NCBI GenBank assembly: GCA_047495785.1
Contig: JBLDXI010000002.1
Location: forward strand, 310,001-374,000
Length of the DNA: 64,000 bases
Origin: Lepidodermella squamata
Taxonomy: Eukaryota; Animalia; Gastrotricha
Direction of reading: 5' to 3'
Shown here: in pieces, positions 24,758 through 36,924 of the stretch
Position numbering within the stretch: the first letter of the stretch is position 1
Layout of the letters: every line of letters starts with the position of its first letter
The notes under the pieces: generated by a model
Database searches by the model: none
Told to the model about the DNA's origin: nothing
Seen by the model: the letters and a program-made list of their open reading frames with translations, nothing else
Translations under genes and position numbers: made by a program

Positions 24758-26350
24758 ATGCTTCAAACACTTCTATTAGCAGCTGGCCTCATCCCAACCG
24801 GCTTGATTCTGCTGCAGTGGCTTCACCTACTGATTCGAAGGCCTAAGGACATCCCGCCCGGCCCATTCCCTCTACCTTTGGTTGGATCTTTCTACTATTT
24901 CTGGCCGTATCGCAAGGACTATGCCCAAGCATTCGTGCAACTACAGAAAACTTACGGCGAAGCTGTCACTATCTATTCTGGCTGCTCCTTGGATGGCATG
25001 CTGACGTTCGTCATGGGCTGGGATGCAATGATGGAGGTTTCAACTGGGCGTCAAATCGCTGAAATCGCCGCGAATAGGTCCCCGAATTTGGTTAAAAACA
25101 GAGGCGTCACTTCAGGCATTGCAACGGCTGATTACGAAGATCATCGATTAATGAAGCGATTTCTGCTAAAATCATTTAAAGACCTTGGCCTTTCCAGCGG
25201 CAGAGTTAGCAGCCATATCGAGGACGAAATAACGAGCATGCTAGGGATTATCGAGGAAACCAAGGGGACGCCGTTCGACCCGGAGTTGACACTGATGGAG
25301 ACTATGTCGAGTTGCATTCTGCTGACAGTTTACAGCCATCGATTCGATTTGAACGATCCTGTATGCGCGAAGCTATACAGAGATGCTCTAGGGTTTTTCG
25401 ACAGCACCATCGTCCAGCTGATGTTCCTGCCTTACCTCGACAAAATTGGCAAATTCGTTCCAGACAAAATGGCTGAGTAAGTCTTTCATTCTCCTGTTAT
25501 GAAAGGAACGACGTGTAACTCATTCCAGAGCTGAACGTCTTATGGAGAGGACAATGGAAAAGTGGCTGAAAGATGAAATCGAACAGAGGCGGGCAACTTT
25601 CAATCCTGAGAATCCAAGAGATGTTTTGGATGTATATCTAGCCGAGCAGTCGGACGACATCAAGTTCCAACTTGAGCCTTGGTTCAAAAGGACAATGGTG
25701 GATGTGTTTCTTGGAGGCAAGTTATACAACCAGCGAAACCTATTACTGAAAGCAATTTTTTAGCAATGGACACAACTGCAAGGCTTACGGCATGGACCCT
25801 GTTCTACCTTGCGCATCTCCCAGAAGAGCAGGATCGCTTATTCCGCGACATTGAGTCCGTTGTAACAGCATCAGGATTGCCATCGCCAGTTGACAGAGCG
25901 AAATTGCCCCGTGTTCAGGCCCTAATTGAAGAAGTATCCCGCTACTCTTGCATGACCGTATCAAGTGTCGCCCGTCGTTGCTCCGAGCCTATCGAATTCG
26001 GCACAAAGAAGCGATTCAGGCTCGAAAAGGATGCTCAAGTCACCCTGGTTTGGTATCCGTCACATTTCGATAAGGAATTCTGGGGGGATCCGGAGAATTT
26101 CCGCATCGAACGTTGGCTCGATGCTGAGGAGAAGGAATTCGTGCCCCGAGGCCATACAATGCTGTTCGGCTCAGGCAGGCGGGCTTGTCCAGGCGAGCAG
26201 ATTGCGAGAAATTTGTTGTTCACGGGTATTACTTCGATTATTCAGCGATTTAAATGGCGCTTGGCTGAGCATGTCCCTATGGAAGGTTTTAATTACTTTT
26301 TACTACGCACCCCACCAAAGCATAAGCTCGTTTTCACTTGTCGTCAATAA
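24758..26350 (+). CDS. Cytochrome P450 (CYP2-clan-like), copy 2, intact
   Basis: Three exons (introns 25477-25528 GT-AG and 25717-25763 GC-AG); PPGP, GAMDTT, EEVSR, FRIERW, FGSGRRACPG; ends LVFTCRQ* with AATAAA overlapping the stop. Confidence 0.95.
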
Positions 26351-26469
26351 ACCTGTAATAAAAATCAGGAAATTGATCGGATTTTCAAATAAAAAAATCC
26401 TCCTTAAAATGTGTTACAAACGTCTGGACAAACGTCTAGTAGAGGCTTTATACCTTTTGGAATGTAATC

Positions 26470-28865
26470 ATGTCATTCGTTCTACTTCTATTCGCCTGTG
26501 TAGTTTCTACTGCGCTTTCTGATGATAATAGCAATTCTACAGATCCGAGCCCGCTGTTTATGATACCGTTCGACAAAATTTCTGGATTTGAACCTCTAAT
26601 ACCAACCAGCGTTTCAAAGTTGGCTGAAATCGGTCCTCGTGCGAAAATATCTGCTCTGAAAGGGCCGTTCGGCGAGTTGGAGACTTCTGCTGAGGTGGAC
26701 TCAAGTTCCGGAACTAGCTTACTTGCCCAATATAATTTTTCTTATCCCGATAAAAAAGGGCAAGCGTTCACGTTGGCATTTTATCTAATGGTGAACGTGA
26801 TTAAAGATTGCCCGTTTTTATTTGCTGGCAAAGAATCGGAGTTCAAATTGGCAGCTTGCTGGAAATTGATTGATAGAGGAAATTGGCAATTCTACGCTTT
26901 CCGGTTTTCTACAAAGCGGTACAAATATGATGTCGTCAGTGCATCTGGAGCTATTTTGGAGCGATTTAACAAAACCAAGAAGTAATTTTAGCTACCAAAA
27001 AATGAAGTTTTAAATAGACTTTTTTCAGTACCAAAATCAGTGCTATGCTCGGGGCCACGAAAATGGCGATCGATTTGCCTCCTGTTAATCGTATCGCTTG
27101 TCTAGTAATGTTCGACGCCGATATTACCCCTGCTCAAATCAGCCGAATCCCCTGCTCCTGTAAATTACGCGGAAAATGCACGTCCGACGTTCGCTTGGGG
27201 AATGCTGTCTTCACTGGACCAAAGATTGATAATCTTATTGGATTCTGGCCAATGTTCGAGTTCGATTCTATCAACTCTGGGTCGCAAGAGTTTGTCAAAG
27301 GAGACCCGCCTAGTGATGTACGGGCCAAAGCAATCGTCCCGGTAACACGAGGCCCTTTGCCTAACAATCAGCTGAGAAATGTGAAATGTTTCCAGTCAGA
27401 AAACGGCATGGCTATCACAACAACCTCGATGTACAGCCTCAACGATACATCTTTCACAATATCTTTCTATAGATACATAACGGATGACTCTGAAACTCTA
27501 GCAGAAGTCTTCAATACTGGCGCAAACGGCTTTAAGATCTACCTCGGAAAGGGCCTAGCCAAATTCGAAAATCCTGGCTCCACCTTATCTGAAACAGAAA
27601 TACGTTGGGATCACAAGCCGAATGCCTCGTGGGAATTCATAGGAATCACGTTCGACAAAGAGTCGCAAACTCTCAGTCTCGTTAATGAAGACGGAATTGT
27701 CGTATCATCTAATCAATTCGAAGGAATCGGGACTCAGGAGGAAACTCCATTTAGCCTCGGCCATTATTCAACCAGCCCTGATAGCACCGCAGTTTGCTTC
27801 ACAATTCACAACACCGTCTTACAGCCTGACGACTTTAAGTCACTTCGATGCATGTGTCGAACTCTTGGTAAATGCAGCTTAGCCAGAACTTACAGAGGAC
27901 CTCGATTCGAAGCATTGTTAGCGTATCTACCTTTCGATATGGAGATGAAACTGCATAACGTAGTGTTAGATAGGCGAATTTCCCTATCATCACGGCCGTC
28001 GACGACAAAATGTGACGAAGCTAACGGGCCGTTCGGTCCCCAGCAGTCTTTCTGCACCCAACAAGACGATAGAGAACCATTCGCTGCTTACGATATCTCG
28101 CTGAATGAGAGACTCACCGAAGCAACGATGGTGTTCTATTTCTATCGAGGGACATCGCCAATGTCTGAAGCGGCTATTCCAGTCGTGAGATTTGTATTTG
28201 GGGTTAACATTACTGGATGGTACACGAGTCAAGGCAACTTCATCTTCGAATTTTTCGAAATTGGAGTCCTCAAATGGCCTAGGGACCTTAACGTTACAAA
28301 CGAATGGTTCTTTGTAGCCCTATCGCTCAAAATCGATGGCAACAATCTTATGATGGCTAAATACAGGGAGAGCGGAGATCTTATGAGTTCTACGACAACG
28401 AGTCTCAAGAGTTCACCGTATCTCATTCCAAATCTAGAATTCGGACCATTATCGAAAGGAGATGGCTTGAGCTGTTTCTTACTGTTTAATCAGGTTCTTA
28501 CCCCAGAAGAAATCGCTTTCATAGCCTGCGTTTGTCGAAATAATGGTAATTGCCCGGAAGCTGATCCACTGAATGGAGTTCTAGATGTCAGTAAGATTGA
28601 ACGATTGCCTTGTGTCGAAGCTAACACGGATTCAACTGAAACCAAGAAACCTAACTTCTGCAAATGCCGCCCTGGTTACGCTGGAAGGCTGTGCTCTCAT
28701 ACGTCATCAGTAACCGATGAGAGGAGTACAACGGACGTCATGGAAACAACTCCCGCTTTTGAAGCTCTGACAACAACCCTAAAGAGTAGTGCCATGTCAC
28801 TATCGTTTACTCATCCAATCTTAATTTACGCATTTTCAAAGCATCTGTTGTTACGTTTCTTGTAA
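26470..28865 (+). CDS. LamG/pentraxin-like repeat protein A: signal peptide, 3 LamG-like domains each closed by C.C...G.C, EGF-like domain, Ser/Thr stalk, hydrophobic C-terminus (GPI-like)
   Basis: Exons 26470-26981 and 27029-28865 (47-nt intron). Motifs LIGFWPM, FTISFY, WEFIGITFD, CFLLFNQVLTPEEI; EGF-like NFCKCRPGYAGRLCS; C-terminus PILIYAFSKHLLLRFL. Confidence 0.8.
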
Positions 28866-28932
28866 ATAAAAAGCCCAGCTTAAAATAACTGAGTTTGTAG
28901 CTTCAACATCCCCTTGTCGATGCAACAAGACT

Positions 28933-31900
28933 ATGATGGCTCCTGGGTTAGGATTGTTTCACATTTTTGGTCTTCATTTGTTAATCTTTATGAGTTTGGC
29001 TCTCTACCAGGGCCCAGCTTCTGATAGCTTGATATTCATGCTATCTTTTGACAACATCTCTCGCTTCGAGCCGACTTTTGAAACCGATCATTTAGCCTTC
29101 GAAAGTGGCGCCTTATTTTACCGATGGAAGACAGGACCTCACGGGAAACCGAGGACGTCAATCGCGCTAACCAATCATTCGATAAGTCCCATTCTTGCAA
29201 GATACGAGATTTCGCTGGGAGAAATTGTAGACCGAGGTGGATTTACAGTTGCCTTTTACCATAAAGCCATTCCTATTGTGAGGCAGTCGTGTTTCAATTT
29301 GCTCAGATTTCAAAAAGGCAAAGAGACAACTTTTAATCTTGAGAAATGCGTTTCACCTAATGAAAAATCGTATTGGGATTTCGATGCCTACGTTTTCAAT
29401 TCGGAAAAGGGAAATTTTACTTTGTATGGTCCATCCGGGGCAATCGTCCATTCTGCTGATAAAAGGTTTGTTTTCAACTCAAACAATTTGCTGAAATATG
29501 TATTTTTGCCTAGTTTCTCAGTCGAATTATTGGCATCCAGCGCAACAATGGTTATTGAACTGCCGAAGTTTCACAAACTAGCTTGTTTAATAATGTACGG
29601 GAGGCCATTGACTGCGATAGAAATCTCGAGGTTACCATGTCATTGTAAAATGCGGGGACTGGCATGTCCTGACACTGTTAGAAGTTTCAGAGGCCCGAAA
29701 CCTGAGCATCTAATCGGGTTCTGGCCAATGTTCGAATTTGACGCCGCAGATTCTTGGACTAAGGAATACGTCACACGAACGCAGCCACTTGCAGTGAATG
29801 CCAGGAAATTCCAGCCGAGATATCGCGGACCGTTGCCATCTGAAACTAAATGGAGACCTTCTATCTTCAGGTCGATTAACAGTAGTTACGCAGTTACAAC
29901 GCCTTGGATGTACAGCTTGAATGGAAAATCGTTCACTATAGCGTTTTACGTCTATCGAGAGTTGATCGATACGACTGAGCAATCTTACTTCTTCGAGATT
30001 TCTGAAGGCTTTTCCATCAATATCGCCAACGCAACAATCCAAATTGAAGGCAGAAGTTTAGGCTCTGCTGCAATCTTGAAGATCAAGGAAGCTTTGGATG
30101 GTAATTGGATATTCCTAGGCTTGGTTTTCGATATTGATAAGAAAATAATTGCATTAATGGATGAAGAAGGAAATGAGTTGTTTTCCGATCGCAACATTCA
30201 AGGTTTCACTTTGCCTGAAAATGCAAGCTTTTCATTGGGATATAAATCATCAAAAAATGTTGGATCAACTGTTTGCTATACAGTTTATGATACAGTTCTT
30301 GAAGCTGAAGACTTCAAGCAACTTAGATGTGTTTGCCGAACGACTGGGCAATGCAACTTAGACCGAACCTTTCGAGGACCTCGAGTCGAATCTTTGAAAG
30401 CTTATCTTCCTCTGGATGAAGATTCTGGGTTGGAAAATATTGTGAAACCCTCCGAGTTTCGACTTGTCTCTGAAATGAACGGAGCAAAGCAGGTTAAGAA
30501 GATTGATCCATTTGGCATTGAAAAGCCCATCTACGTCCAATCTTTGAATGAGCAGCCATTAGCTTGCTATAACTCAAGCATTGAAGGTCTATTCCTTGAA
30601 TCTACAATAGCCTTCTACTATTATAGAGGGCTAGTGTTTGGCGCAGATTAGACCAGTGCTAAAACTAACCGCTGGAATTCAGGTCGAAGTGATTTACAAC
30701 CCTGACGATGGGAGAGTCAGAATGCTTGTTAAGGACTCGGAGGATAACCTGTTGATGGATTTAAGTTGGTGGAAATCTGTCACTTCTGACGATTGGGTAT
30801 TTTTAGCCTTTTCCTACAAGATTACTGGGGATAGGATATCCATGAACATCACTCTTGAAAATGGCGAGGTAATAACAAGAACCGAAGAATTTCCTGATAT
30901 GGATCAGAGCGAAACTTCAACAATTCAGCTAACTCTTGGTGAGCTGACACCTGATCATGGATTCCGGTGCTTTCTACTTTACGATGAAGTTCTAACCCCG
31001 GCAGAAATCGCGTTCCTCCCTTGCGTTTGCAAAAATAACGGGATATGCCCAGATTCAGATCCATTGAACGGGAAACTTGACTTGAAGAAAGCCGATATCC
31101 TGCCTTGCGTGGCTGAAAATACTCAGAAGTTCCGGGTAGGGACGACAAACTTTTGCGTATGTCGCCATCCATTCTATGGAAGGTTGTGTTCGAAAACATA
31201 CGCAGCAGCGACCACTCCATCGAGCACGTCAACAACTAAAGAGCGAAAAGATGTGGCTGATGGACCCGTCTTCATGCTTCCCCTTGACCAATCATCGGAA
31301 TTCGAGCCAATTTTCGGATCAAATGTCTTAATTCTGAAAAACCATTCCTCTACTGCTACATTTGAAACTGGGCCATTCAACTTTCCAAACTCTTTAGTTG
31401 CAGCGCAAAAACATGAAACTATCGCTACTTATGACATTAGTTTTGGTGATAAATTGGAGGAAGATGGTTTCACAATTGCCTATTACCACTATGCTCCGCC
31501 CAATCGACTCAAACCTTGCTTCCGAGTTGTTGCGTTTTACCACGGTGCGATATCAACTTTGGTTGTTCGGCAGTGTACCGATTTGTCGCAAAATGGTATA
31601 TGGCAATTCGTTGCCCAAGTTTTCGACCTATCAGAGTCACTCCTTAACTTCTATTCGGCGTCTGGGACGATAAGGAGATCATCGAATTTCAGGTATTTTA
31701 CTGAATTAGAATGAAAATTTGTAAAATTTTCTCTTTTGATCGCAGTTTTTCGATCGAATCCTTGCTAGCTAGTTCAACTATGGAAATTACCCTACCAAAA
31801 TCGCATAAATTATCCTGTCTCGTGGTGTATGGCCGTAAATTGCAACCTGTTGAGATAACTAGGATTCCATGCATTTGCAAGAACCGTGGGCATTGTCCAA

Positions 31901-33594
31901 CAGATCAAAGAAATGAATTCATGGGCCCCAAACCGAATAAACTCATCGGATTCTGGCCGCTTTACGAGTATGACAAAACCGAACCTTGGTCGATTGAATA
32001 CGTTGGCCGAACCTACCCTATTGATGTGAGGGGAAGGAATCTCACTCCAATCACGAGAGGTCCTTTGCCTAATGATCGCGCTGTTTTTGCATCAGTGAAT
32101 GGGAGTTACGTCGTTCGAACTCCTGACAGTTATCGTTTAAGCCGGACATCTTTCACAATTGCCTTCTTTATGTATCAACACGAAATATCTCGGGATAGAG
32201 CTGATCTTTTTACGACATCTGAAGGCGGTTTCTCCATAAGCTACGAGAATGGAACAATCACAGTTGAAGAGACTGTTAGTGCCCGTCGAATGTTTTTCCC
32301 TGGGGTGGGAAAACACGAGTGGATATTCATTGGAATCGTTTACGATAAAGATTCACGTCATCTTAGTTTGTTCGACGAAAGTGGCAAATTAATTTCAGCA
32401 GAATCGGAAGTAGGCCAGTTTTCATTTCCTGATTATGCCAGTTTTTCATTGGGGTATCAATCGGAGAATCTCGGATCAACTGCTTGCTACACAATTTACA
32501 GTGCCATTTTGAATCCTGAAGATTTCAAACAGCTCAGATGTGTCTGCCGGAAAGCTGGAAAATGCAATTTACGAAGAACCTTCCAAGGACCACGTGTCGA
32601 GCATTTGAAGGCGTATCTTCCAATGGATGAAGACGCTGGATTGGCTAATATTGTTGTATCCGCTGATTTGAACCTGACATCGAATGACCATGGCGCTGAA
32701 ATGACTAGTAAAGGTTTGCTGAATGGGCCTTTCGGTCCTGATCGGTCTTTTTTCGTCCAGGCGAGAAACGGTACGTTTTCGCAGTACAGCTCGACTTCTT
32801 CAGGGCCTTGGAATCAAGCGACAATAGCTCTGTATTTCTACCGAGGGATGAATAAGGCGATAGATTCGACTGTGTCTATCTTCAAATTGACAACCGGAGT
32901 ACTAATCGAGGCTGTTTATCACGATGAAACAAAAGAATTCGTCCTAACCCTTAAAGATTACTACGACCAGTTGGTGATATCAGTTTTTCGACGGAATTCG
33001 GTGTTTTCTGGCGATTGGCTATTCATAGCGCTGAGCTATCGAATAATTGGACATTCCGTTGAGTTTATTGCCATTCTTGAGAATCATGAAAGGTCCAGTC
33101 ACTCAATCATCGACGAAGCCGCGATTTTAGATCGTGGGAAGGAAGTGACGCTAGAATTCGGCGAGCTAACTCCAGGTGATGGATTGTCTTGCTTCCTGTT
33201 GTACGATGAAGTTCTGTCCCCGGAAGAAATAGCCTTCCTTCCATGTGTTTGCAAAACACGTGGAAGGTGTCCTGATGCTGACCCATTAAATGGCAGGTTC
33301 GACATGGAAAAGGCGGATGTGGATCTGCCGTGTGTGCCAGAGAACACTGATTCGGTGCCCAAGGCTAATTTTTGCAAGTGCAAGCCGCTATTTTACGGCC
33401 GGTTATGTTCTGTCAATTCTTTGTTGGACCCAATTTCAAAATCTTCAACTGGATGGTCGATGAATGTCACGACTACACCTTTGCTGGTTAACTATATTAC
33501 TGCAGCCAATTGTGAGAAGAAACACTTAGCGCCAAGTTTCAGCTTGTTATTTTGTATCCTAATACTTAGTCCCAGCAGTTGGTTTCTCAATTAA
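28933..33594 (+). CDS. LamG-repeat protein B: two complete family units fused head-to-tail, frameshifted at ~30631-30652
   Basis: Unit 1 (28933-~31250) and unit 2 (~31260-33594) each repeat the architecture of gene A, with introns at the same position (29466-29513, 31693-31745). The unit 1 EGF and Thr linker read directly into unit 2. Hydrophobic C-terminus FSLLFCILILSPSSWFLN. Confidence 0.7.
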
Positions 33595-33813
33595 AACCTG
33601 GAGTGACACATTTGAAGCCTAACTTTATAGTGTGAGAAGTAGCGGGGGGACGGTACCGCCCCCTCGAGAGGTCCAGAACCCTGCTCAAAAAAGAAAAGGG
33701 GTAACCCTTTATCAACGCGGCTTAAAATATACTCACACTCTCTTAGAAAAAGGAAGACGAGAAGCACCTGAAAGCATCTGATATTGATTTTGAAAATCTC
33801 CTGGTATTAGTTT

Positions 33814-34520
33814 TTTTGCCCCTCCGGTGCCTTAGTACCTCCTTAGGGGAGATCCAGGTTCATCCTGGTGATCTCTCTGGATCTCTAACCGTAACACCTG
33901 GCAGCTTCTAATACTGATTTTAAAATTCTCCGTACTTGAATTAGTAAAGAATTTCTGATCGTTCAGAGAGATCATGACCGCCCAAAGTTATTCTAAGAAA
34001 TGGGGTTGTATGTCAAGTTGACTGATGAAGATCTCGTCAGACTCGCTATTTGAAGATGAACTCTCTGAACGATCATTTCGTTACTAAACCGAGTACGGGG
34101 AATTCGAAATTCTCCTATGATTGAGGCTAAAAAACGATACAGAAATAGTGTTTCTGTATTCCTGTACAATACAGAAACACTTTTATGAAGATGGACTTTT
34201 TATTATCGCATTTTCCTATATAAATGGCGTACAAGATCACTTTTTCCCGCACTTTCTAGCTACGTTTCTCCGAGTTTTTAGCAGATACAGAGGAGAAAAG
34301 CAATCTCGGATTTACTCAGAATACAGAAACACTTTTCTTGTACGAATGACTGTATTCATCTTCGGTTCCTGCGGAACCTCGATTCATAAAGTGTTTCTGT
34401 ATTCTGAGCCATCCAAGATTGCTTAAATCAGTATTAGATTTTTCCAGGTGTTACGGTTAGAGATCCAGAGAGATCCCCTGGATGACCCCGACGTGTACTA
34501 CGGCGCCAGAGTGGCAAAAG
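33814..34520. mobile_element. ~700-bp foldback/MITE with ~100-bp outer TIRs and two nested internal hairpins
   Basis: gatctctctggatctctaaccgtaacacctgg...ctaatactgattt (33870-33920) vs aaatcagtattag...ccaggtgttacggttagagatccagagagatc (34425-34475). Internal inverted repeats at 33927-34105 and 34137-34403. Confidence 0.8.
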
Positions 34521-34674
34521 CGAATTTTCCTGATCTATTAATTTTTCAAAGGTTCGACCGGTGATTTTACTTCGTACGCTGTTCGTCAGTGAATACGGGC
34601 GAAATGAAAAATGCCACCTTAATTTGTTAGCGTTCCTCAAAACGTTGCAACACTATTCTGCTGTTATTGGTGCA

Positions 34675-36924
34675 ATGCCTAACTTTTTACTGCTAATCGT
34701 AATTCAAATCTTAGCTGGCAAGTCACTCCATGCCGTCCTTATTAACAGCGACCTATTATTCTGGATACCATTGGGACGTGGCTCAGCGTCATGGACAGTC
34801 ATTCACCAAGCTTCTGGTTCTGAAATTGTAAAAAGAAAAGGGCCATTCAAGCGCAACTCAACCGCTTCCACTCTTTCGACAACAGCTACTACAAATGAGT
34901 TCGCTAGATTCGACATCGATTGGCGATCATCTCAACCGAAAAAAGATGCATTTACCGTAGTTTTTTACTACCTAGCCGCTCCGGATAGCGAGTACAGGTG
35001 TGTGAATCATCTGAACTTCAGACAGACGTCGGTAACATTCGCGGTAACACTTTGCCGAGATAGCGAAGAACAACGATTTTGGGAGTTCAATGCTCTAGTT
35101 TTCGATGCTAAAAAGCAAGCATTCGACCGTTTCTCATCTTCTGGAGCTCTTATCGACACTATACCTAAAACGTAAGTTATGCGACTTCGACGAAATATTT
35201 TTCCAGGAAGAATCGTTCTCAGGTTTGTGATGGACGATGTTTCTGGCAGTACGTCAATAAGTATCGAAATGAATCCTGGAGATTCGTTCGATTGCCTAAT
35301 GATGTTCAACCGAAGACTTCAGCCAGTTGAAATATCTCAAATTCCTTGTGTTTGCGAGACAAAAGGGGAATGCAAGCAAGCGGTACATACGCCGAAAATC
35401 GAATCTTTGCTCGGATTCTGGCCAATGTATCAAATCGACAGTAGGCAATCTTGGGCTGAGGAAGTAACGCAGAAAATTCCTCCAATAAGTATCAACACAA
35501 AATTGCAAAGAGCACTAACTCGAGGTCCGCTGTCGATGCGGGAAGATCATAGCAATGTTCTTTTCCAACCAATTGGTAAACACCCAGCCGTGACCACCCA
35601 AAAAGTCTACGATTTGCGAGGTCAATCGTTTACGATAGCTTTTTACCGATATTCCGAGGCTGGTAGCAAAGTAGGCCTGGCCCGTATTTTCGAAACGTCA
35701 TCGATTGGGTTTGAGATCTACGAGGCAAATGGAGCGATAAAGGTCGCGGCCAAAACGAAATATCAATTGAAGGGTCGAACAATAGAATTAGTCCCGAATA
35801 GTCTTCACCTCAACGAAGATAAACATTGGCGCTTCATAGCTATTGAGTTCGATTTACAAAATGAGTCGCTAAGCCTTAGAGACGAAGAAGGGCATAGTTT
35901 GGCTTCGGTCTTTGGATTCAAAGGCTTCGAACTGCCTGAGAAGACAAGCTTTTCTCTCGGTTACAAAGCTCTGAATCTAGACTCAGGTTCCGCTGTTTGC
36001 TATTCAGTCTACAATAAGATTCTGACAAAAGAGGAATATCAAGCACTAAGATGCATTTGCCGCAATGGTGGCACGTGCTCCAACCCAAAATTGAAAGGAC
36101 CTCGTTTAGATGCGTTAAAGGTTGCCTTAGCGCTTAATGACGAGGTCCAGCTGGAGAACTTGGTTGATAACGAAACCTTGCAACTCACTAGCAAGGACCC
36201 GAACTTTGAATTGCAGGAGAGCCTGATGAATTGGCCGTTCATCAGGAATGAATTGGCCGTTACTAATGATCGAGGATTTTACTTGCAGTCTTTAAATGCT
36301 GAAAGTGAGAGTTCGGCGGTTTTCCATTCGAAAATTGATGCTCCAAGCTGGGAAGCTACTATTTCCTTCTATTTTCGAAGGGGTCGGTCAGATGCAGATA
36401 GAACCCGGATTGTCAAATTCCGAAATGGAATATACCTCACACTCTTCTACTCTGGTTCGCTTGATGTTGTTGTTGAAGACCCGACTAATAAGTTGATATT
36501 GGATACAAGTTTGGAATTCGCCCTGCCGCCAGATGAATGGGTCCATTTTGTTGTAGTATACGCCATCCAAGGGCAAACCTTCGACCTTACCTTGATTGTG
36601 ACATTGCCTAGCCAGCCCTACTCGATTTCAGTTTCAGCGAGTGTGAATTCGACAATCCTGGAACCTGAGTCAAGTCACTGGAAGTTAACCTGGGGTCCGC
36701 TGAGTTATGGCGATGCATTTAGTTGCTTTTTAATATTTGACGAATGGCTCACAGAAACAGATATCGCTAACATACCATGCTTTTGCGAAAATATGGGAGT
36801 TTGTCCTAAGGCTGATCCCCTCAATCCTACCTATGAATTGGCACCTGACGATTCGGGCGGCAAAATTCGAATTTTCAATATGTTCGCGCTTTCGCTATTT
36901 TTCATGTTAAGGCTTTGCGAATAA
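34675..36924 (+). CDS. LamG-repeat protein C; no EGF domain or Ser/Thr stalk visible
   Basis: Signal peptide MPNFLLLIVIQILAG; family-position intron 35172-35206; LLGFWPM, FTIAFY, CFLIFDEWLT..DIANIPCFCENMGVCPKADPLN. Exact 3' end uncertain. Confidence 0.78.

Noticed and set aside
24174-24846. ORFs 24174..24503 (poly-Arg) and 24409..24846 as genes
   Set aside because: They span the MULE relic's CCG repeat and the P450 promoter; the homologous promoter at 19654-20041 does not preserve these frames.
29466-29513. Apparent coding insert FVFNSNNLLKYVFLP in ORF 28933..30651
   Set aside because: A 48-nt stop-free GT-AG intron at the same position as introns in genes A, B2 and C.
34561-34674. N-terminal extensions of ORFs from GTG/TTG starts (also 51287-51322)
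   Set aside because: Artefacts of alternative-start ORF calling; the downstream ATGs (34675, 51323) fit the signal peptide or acceptor context.
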